A stretch of 61,017 nt of DNA from a bacterium (GTDB lineage Bacteria > RUG730): contig JAVBNQ010000001.1 in assembly GCA_031551405.1 (NCBI GenBank), positions 1-61,017 of the forward strand, given 5' to 3'. The notes beneath the pieces are model-generated. The model made no database searches. It saw nothing but the letters and a program-made list of their open reading frames with translations, and was not told where the DNA came from. Position 1 is the stretch's first letter; each line of letters starts with the position of its first letter. A program made the translations under genes and the position numbers. Shown piece by piece: positions 57,493 to 61,017 of this stretch.

Positions 57493-60003
57493 TTACTCGA
57501 GAAACGGCAAGATCGCTCCAAATCCATTACCAATCCAGAAATTTTTTCGGCTCACAAGGCTCTTCTTGAAAACATCTTCGTCAATACCAAAAACTTTGTG
57601 CAAAAACGCATACAAATTTATAAATGCCTCATTCGTGTTGATTATCAGATTTAATCGTCGAGAATTTTTTATTTCAATAGAGTAAATCGCTTTTTTTAAG
57701 TCTACAATTTTATTTTTATCTCGACAAACGTCATCAGAAAAAAATTCGTCGGTTTTAATAAACTTTTGATAAATCTTTTTCTCCCACGCAAATCCTTCCG
57801 GCAGCTCGACTTCATATTCAAGCAACTTAAACAATTTTTCGATGGAAACGCTGTTTTTTTGAATTTTAACGACTTCTTTGATTTTGAGCAAATCGCCAAT
57901 TTTTGCATTCAAAATATCTTTTACAAATTGTGAATCGAAATTTTCCGTCAGTTCCACGTCAAAACATTCGTTTTCGCCAACAAAACCAACTGACAAAGGC
58001 GGTCCAAACGAAACCTTTGGCAGCGGATGAAAACCTTCCGAAAACGCCAAATTTAGCCCAGAATTAATTAAAAAATTTTTTATGGCTTCAGCTAGCTCCA
58101 AATGCGATAAAAACCGCAAATTTTCATTTTTCTCATAAAAAATTCTGTATCTTTTATTTTCTGATTTTCCTTCATTTTCAACAGTATCTAAACTAGCGCA
58201 AATCTCGTTTTCTCCTAAAATTTCTCTCGTAGTATTTTCTGCAAAATTTTTACGCAAATCGCATATTTTCTCATCGTTTGTCAAATCTTTTATATCGCCT
58301 TGAAAGTTTTTCTTTGTTGAAAAATAAATTTTCCGCGACATTCTTTTTAAAGCATCGCGAGAAATTCCAAAATTAATTTTTTCCCAGCCATTTATATCGT
58401 CAAAATTTATTTCTCTTGAAACATATTTCTCCAAATCAATGCCTGCAAAAGAACTCGCATTTCTCCAGATTTCGTAGTCGAAAAACTCATCCCACTGATC
58501 AAAAATCGCACCATTTTCCCAGGCTTTAAAAATAATTTTCGAAACATTCTCATCTCCTCGCGATAACAATCCTTCGATTACACTTGACTCAAGCTTACTG
58601 TGTTTCACTTGAGCGACATTTTTCAAATTATCGATAAGAAACCTTTTTTTTGCAAGCAAACTCTCTAAATCTTCCTGTTTTTCCCAGGCAAACGGCGTAT
58701 GCGCTTTTGGCACAAAACTTGAAATCCCGACGTTCAGTTTCAAATTTTTGAACTTTTTTTTGATGGATTTTACGAGTTCGACAAGTTCCTCGAGATCTTC
58801 CTTGGTCTCTGACGGAAGTCCGTACATAAAATATAGTTTCACGAGTCGCCAGCCTTTTTGATAAGCTCCATCGATAGCATCGAAAATATCCTCTCGCGAA
58901 ACATTTTTCCCGATAAAATCTCGTAATCTTTGAGAACCTGCCTCAGGTGCAAAAGTAAGTGAGGATTTTTTGTTTTTACTAACTAGATCCGCGAGTTTTG
59001 AAGAAAATCTGTCGCACCTCAAAGACGGCAACGAAATCGAAAATTTCTTGTCGTAATAATTCTCAATAAACCATTTCAAAATCTTTTCTATTTCAGGATG
59101 GTCTATGACGGAAAGCGATAAAAGAGATACGTCTAAAACCCCATTGTTTTGCAAACTGGTCTCGATAATATTTTTGATTTTTTCAAGAGACCTCGTTCGA
59201 AGAGGTAGATTCGTAAAACTCGCGCTGCAAAACTTACATAATCTGTAACAGCCTCGTTGGATTTCTACTGACAAATGCTCGTGAACAATATTTACAAATG
59301 GCCGAATAACTTCTGTTGGAAAATAATTTTCATCCAAATTCTTGATTTTTGAAGGTTTTATTTTATGTTTTCCGTCATAAAACCTCGGTACGTAAACGTG
59401 CTCTGACTTTGCTAATTTCTGCAAAATCTCATCTCGAACCGAATTTTTATTTTTCAACTCGCGAACTAATTTACAAATTTCGAGTGAAATTTCTTCGCCG
59501 TCGCCGACTACAAACACATCGATAAAACTTGCCACAGGGTCGGGATTTGAAGATGCGCAGCCTCCGGCAATAATTATAGGGCAGGTTTCATTTCTATCCG
59601 TCACAAAAACCGGAATTCTAGCATAATCCAAAATCGCAAGAACATTCGTATAACAAAGCTCGTAAGTAAGTGAAAATCCAAGAATATCAAATTCATTGAG
59701 AGGTTTTTTATATCCGAGCGAAAAAAGAGGAAGATTGTTTTCGCGCAGTTTATTCAAAAAATCTTTTTTTGGCATAAAAGCCATGTCGACCAAAATCTCG
59801 TCAAATCTGTTCAAATAATGAAACAAAAGTTTTATCCCGAGCGACGACATTCCGATTTCATAAAGATCTGGAAAAATCAAGCAAATTTTTACTTGTTTCT
59901 CATCGGTTTTTTTTAAATATTTCGAAAATTCCAGGCCGATATATCTGGAAGGTTTCTCTATAAACGGTAAAATCTCGTGCTCTATTTTTTTGAAAAAATC
60001 CAT
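57493..60003 (-). CDS. TIGR03960-type radical SAM protein fused to a C-terminal DUF2344/TIGR03936-like domain
   Basis: KPSRYIG, FPDLYEIGMS, CYRLCKFC, TFAPEAGSQRLR; C-terminal RFLSHLE..GFHPLPKVSFGPPL. Confidence 0.85.
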   Translation of the reverse strand: MDFFKKIEHEILPFIEKPSRYIGLEFSKYLKKTDEKQVKICLIFPDLYEIGMSSLGIKLLFHYLNRFDEILVDMAFMPKKDFLNKLRENNLPLFSLGYKKPLNEFDILGFSLTYELCYTNVLAILDYARIPVFVTDRNETCPIIIAGGCASSNPDPVASFIDVFVVGDGEEISLEICKLVRELKNKNSVRDEILQKLAKSEHVYVPRFYDGKHKIKPSKIKNLDENYFPTEVIRPFVNIVHEHLSVEIQRGCYRLCKFCSASFTNLPLRTRSLEKIKNIIETSLQNNGVLDVSLLSLSVIDHPEIEKILKWFIENYYDKKFSISLPSLRCDRFSSKLADLVSKNKKSSLTFAPEAGSQRLRDFIGKNVSREDIFDAIDGAYQKGWRLVKLYFMYGLPSETKEDLEELVELVKSIKKKFKNLKLNVGISSFVPKAHTPFAWEKQEDLESLLAKKRFLIDNLKNVAQVKHSKLESSVIEGLLSRGDENVSKIIFKAWENGAIFDQWDEFFDYEIWRNASSFAGIDLEKYVSREINFDDINGWEKINFGISRDALKRMSRKIYFSTKKNFQGDIKDLTNDEKICDLRKNFAENTTREILGENEICASLDTVENEGKSENKRYRIFYEKNENLRFLSHLELAEAIKNFLINSGLNLAFSEGFHPLPKVSFGPPLSVGFVGENECFDVELTENFDSQFVKDILNAKIGDLLKIKEVVKIQKNSVSIEKLFKLLEYEVELPEGFAWEKKIYQKFIKTDEFFSDDVCRDKNKIVDLKKAIYSIEIKNSRRLNLIINTNEAFINLYAFLHKVFGIDEDVFKKSLVSRKNFWIGNGFGAILPFLE

Positions 60004-60059
60004 TGAAACCTCGGCTCGTTTTTTGCAAATCTAAAAAAAATTTCTTCGTCCAATTTTAA

Positions 60060-60208
60060 GGAGATAATTTTATCAATATTTTCTAAAAAGTCAAAGTTAG
60101 TTTTAGGAATTTCAAATCCAAAACTTTTACGGTCTACAATAGATTTTTTCCGCTTTCCTTCATGATGGGGTTTTGAAAAAATTGTAAAACAATTTTTAAA
60201 GATAAAAC
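60060..60208 (-). repeat. Degenerate type B unit (core lost)
   Basis: 60145-60208 matches the reverse complement of 7212-7275; TTAGGAATTTCAAA (60103) parallels TTAGAAATTTCAAA (60772). Confidence 0.65.
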
Positions 60209-60300
60209 TGAAACAAAAAAACAGAAGAAAACTACAAAAAAAGGCCAAATAATAAAAAAAATTATCGTTTTTAAAAAAAGTAAAAATTTACAAACGATTG

Positions 60301-60535
60301 AACTTTAGGAAGGAACGAAAAAATTAGGCGGGGATTAAATAAGAAAACCTTGCTCACAACTGTATGAGCGAAACGGAGTGAAGCGAGTTTTGCGAGGAAA
60401 AGCCTAGGAAAAGCTCGAAAAACCTACGGCTTTGGAGTTGGTTTTTCGAAAGAAAAGAACGCCTCGTGCAATATTTCTAGCCTAAAAACGTGTGGAATTG
60501 AGACGAAAAAACGAATTTTTGAGCAAAAAACGATG
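60301..60535 (+). repeat. Structured intergenic repeat, type A unit (copy 2)
   Basis: Aligns with the reverse complement of about 18450-18684; shares GCGAGGAAAAGCCTAGGAAAAGCTCGAAAAACCT exactly. Confidence 0.9.
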
Positions 60536-60634
60536 GGTTTTGTTTTTTTCTTTAAGTTATCCTGAGAAAAAAATAAAGTTAAAAAATTCCATTTTCGGCA
60601 AAGCCTGCGGATTTCTAAGAATAAAAGTTTGGTC

Positions 60635-60785
60635 AAGTCTTTATTTTCTTTTTTGGCATTGCCCAAAAAATAAACAAAAAAGGCTAGTCTGCTGTACCTC
60701 AGAGATAGGGGAAAAATTATCTAAAATCTAAATTTCTAAAACTCGCCGCTCACGAGTGAGGGCTCAAACAGTTAGAAATTTCAAA
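60635..60785 (-). repeat. Structured intergenic repeat, type B unit
   Basis: AAATTTCTAA / TTAGAAATTT stem (60730-60781) around TGTTTGAGC...GCGAGTT; homologous to 7295-7440. Confidence 0.8.
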
Positions 60786-60789
60786 CGAT

Positions 60790-61017
60790 TTTTTCAATTT
60801 TTTCCATCTTCTCTTTGCTATGCAGACATTTAAAAAAAGACAAAAAACAGAAAAAAAATAAAAATCTCGAAAAAGGACAAAAAAATCTCACGAGAAAGAG
60901 AAAATTAAAACAAGAATTTTAAAGAAAAACGTTTGAAGGAATTTAAAAGCTGGGCGAGAGGACTTTAGGAAGGAGCGAAAAAATTAGACGGGGGTTAAAT
61001 AAAAAAACTATACTCGC
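60790..61017 (+). repeat. Linker plus start of type A unit (copy 3, cut by the window edge)
   Basis: 31-bp identity to the reverse complement of 18784-18814; ACTTTAGGAAGGA at 60962 repeats 60302. Confidence 0.88.

Noticed and set aside
59982-61017. CRISPR array, or coding ORFs 59982-60248, 60424-60666 and 60492-60731
   Set aside because: No 25-45-bp direct repeats with regular unique spacers and no cas genes; the ORFs are low-complexity reads through repeat DNA

Overview
AT-rich chromosomal window from a diderm bacterium (lpxK, TolC and beta-barrel proteins are present; an Elusimicrobiota-like or related lineage is only an inference). Most genes are housekeeping and lie on the minus strand: metK, aroF/tyrA, malic enzyme, rpsT, a PadR-TolC-MFP-RND efflux operon, cutA-glmM-recO-lipA, thiF-mnmA-rng-murJ-miaB, purA/purB/purL/purS/purE, prmC, dxs, asd, leuB, typA, dapL, maf-pdxJ, glgA, mtaB, lpxK and a radical SAM gene, plus tRNA-Glu(CTC) and tRNA-fMet. 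Three things stand out. (1) The large intergenic gaps (about 7.2-7.45, 18.2-18.85 and 60.05-61.0 kb) are built from a modular family of structured non-coding elements. They share a TGTWTGAGC...GCGAGTT core inside stems that show compensatory base changes, and at the window end they form a BIME-like tandem array with a period of about 660 bp. (2) A 3.3-kb cassette between pdxJ and glgA has 62-bp terminal inverted repeats, a probable 8-bp target duplication and no transposase. It carries a decaying BcgI-like restriction-modification pair and supplies the stop codon of glgA. (3) Two stand-alone, roughly 65% identical small outer-membrane beta-barrel paralogues of unknown family lie 33 kb apart. 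The RND adaptor also appears to lack its hairpin and lipoyl domains. No CRISPR array, rRNA, integrase or transposase was seen. All family calls come from motif recognition, not database searches.
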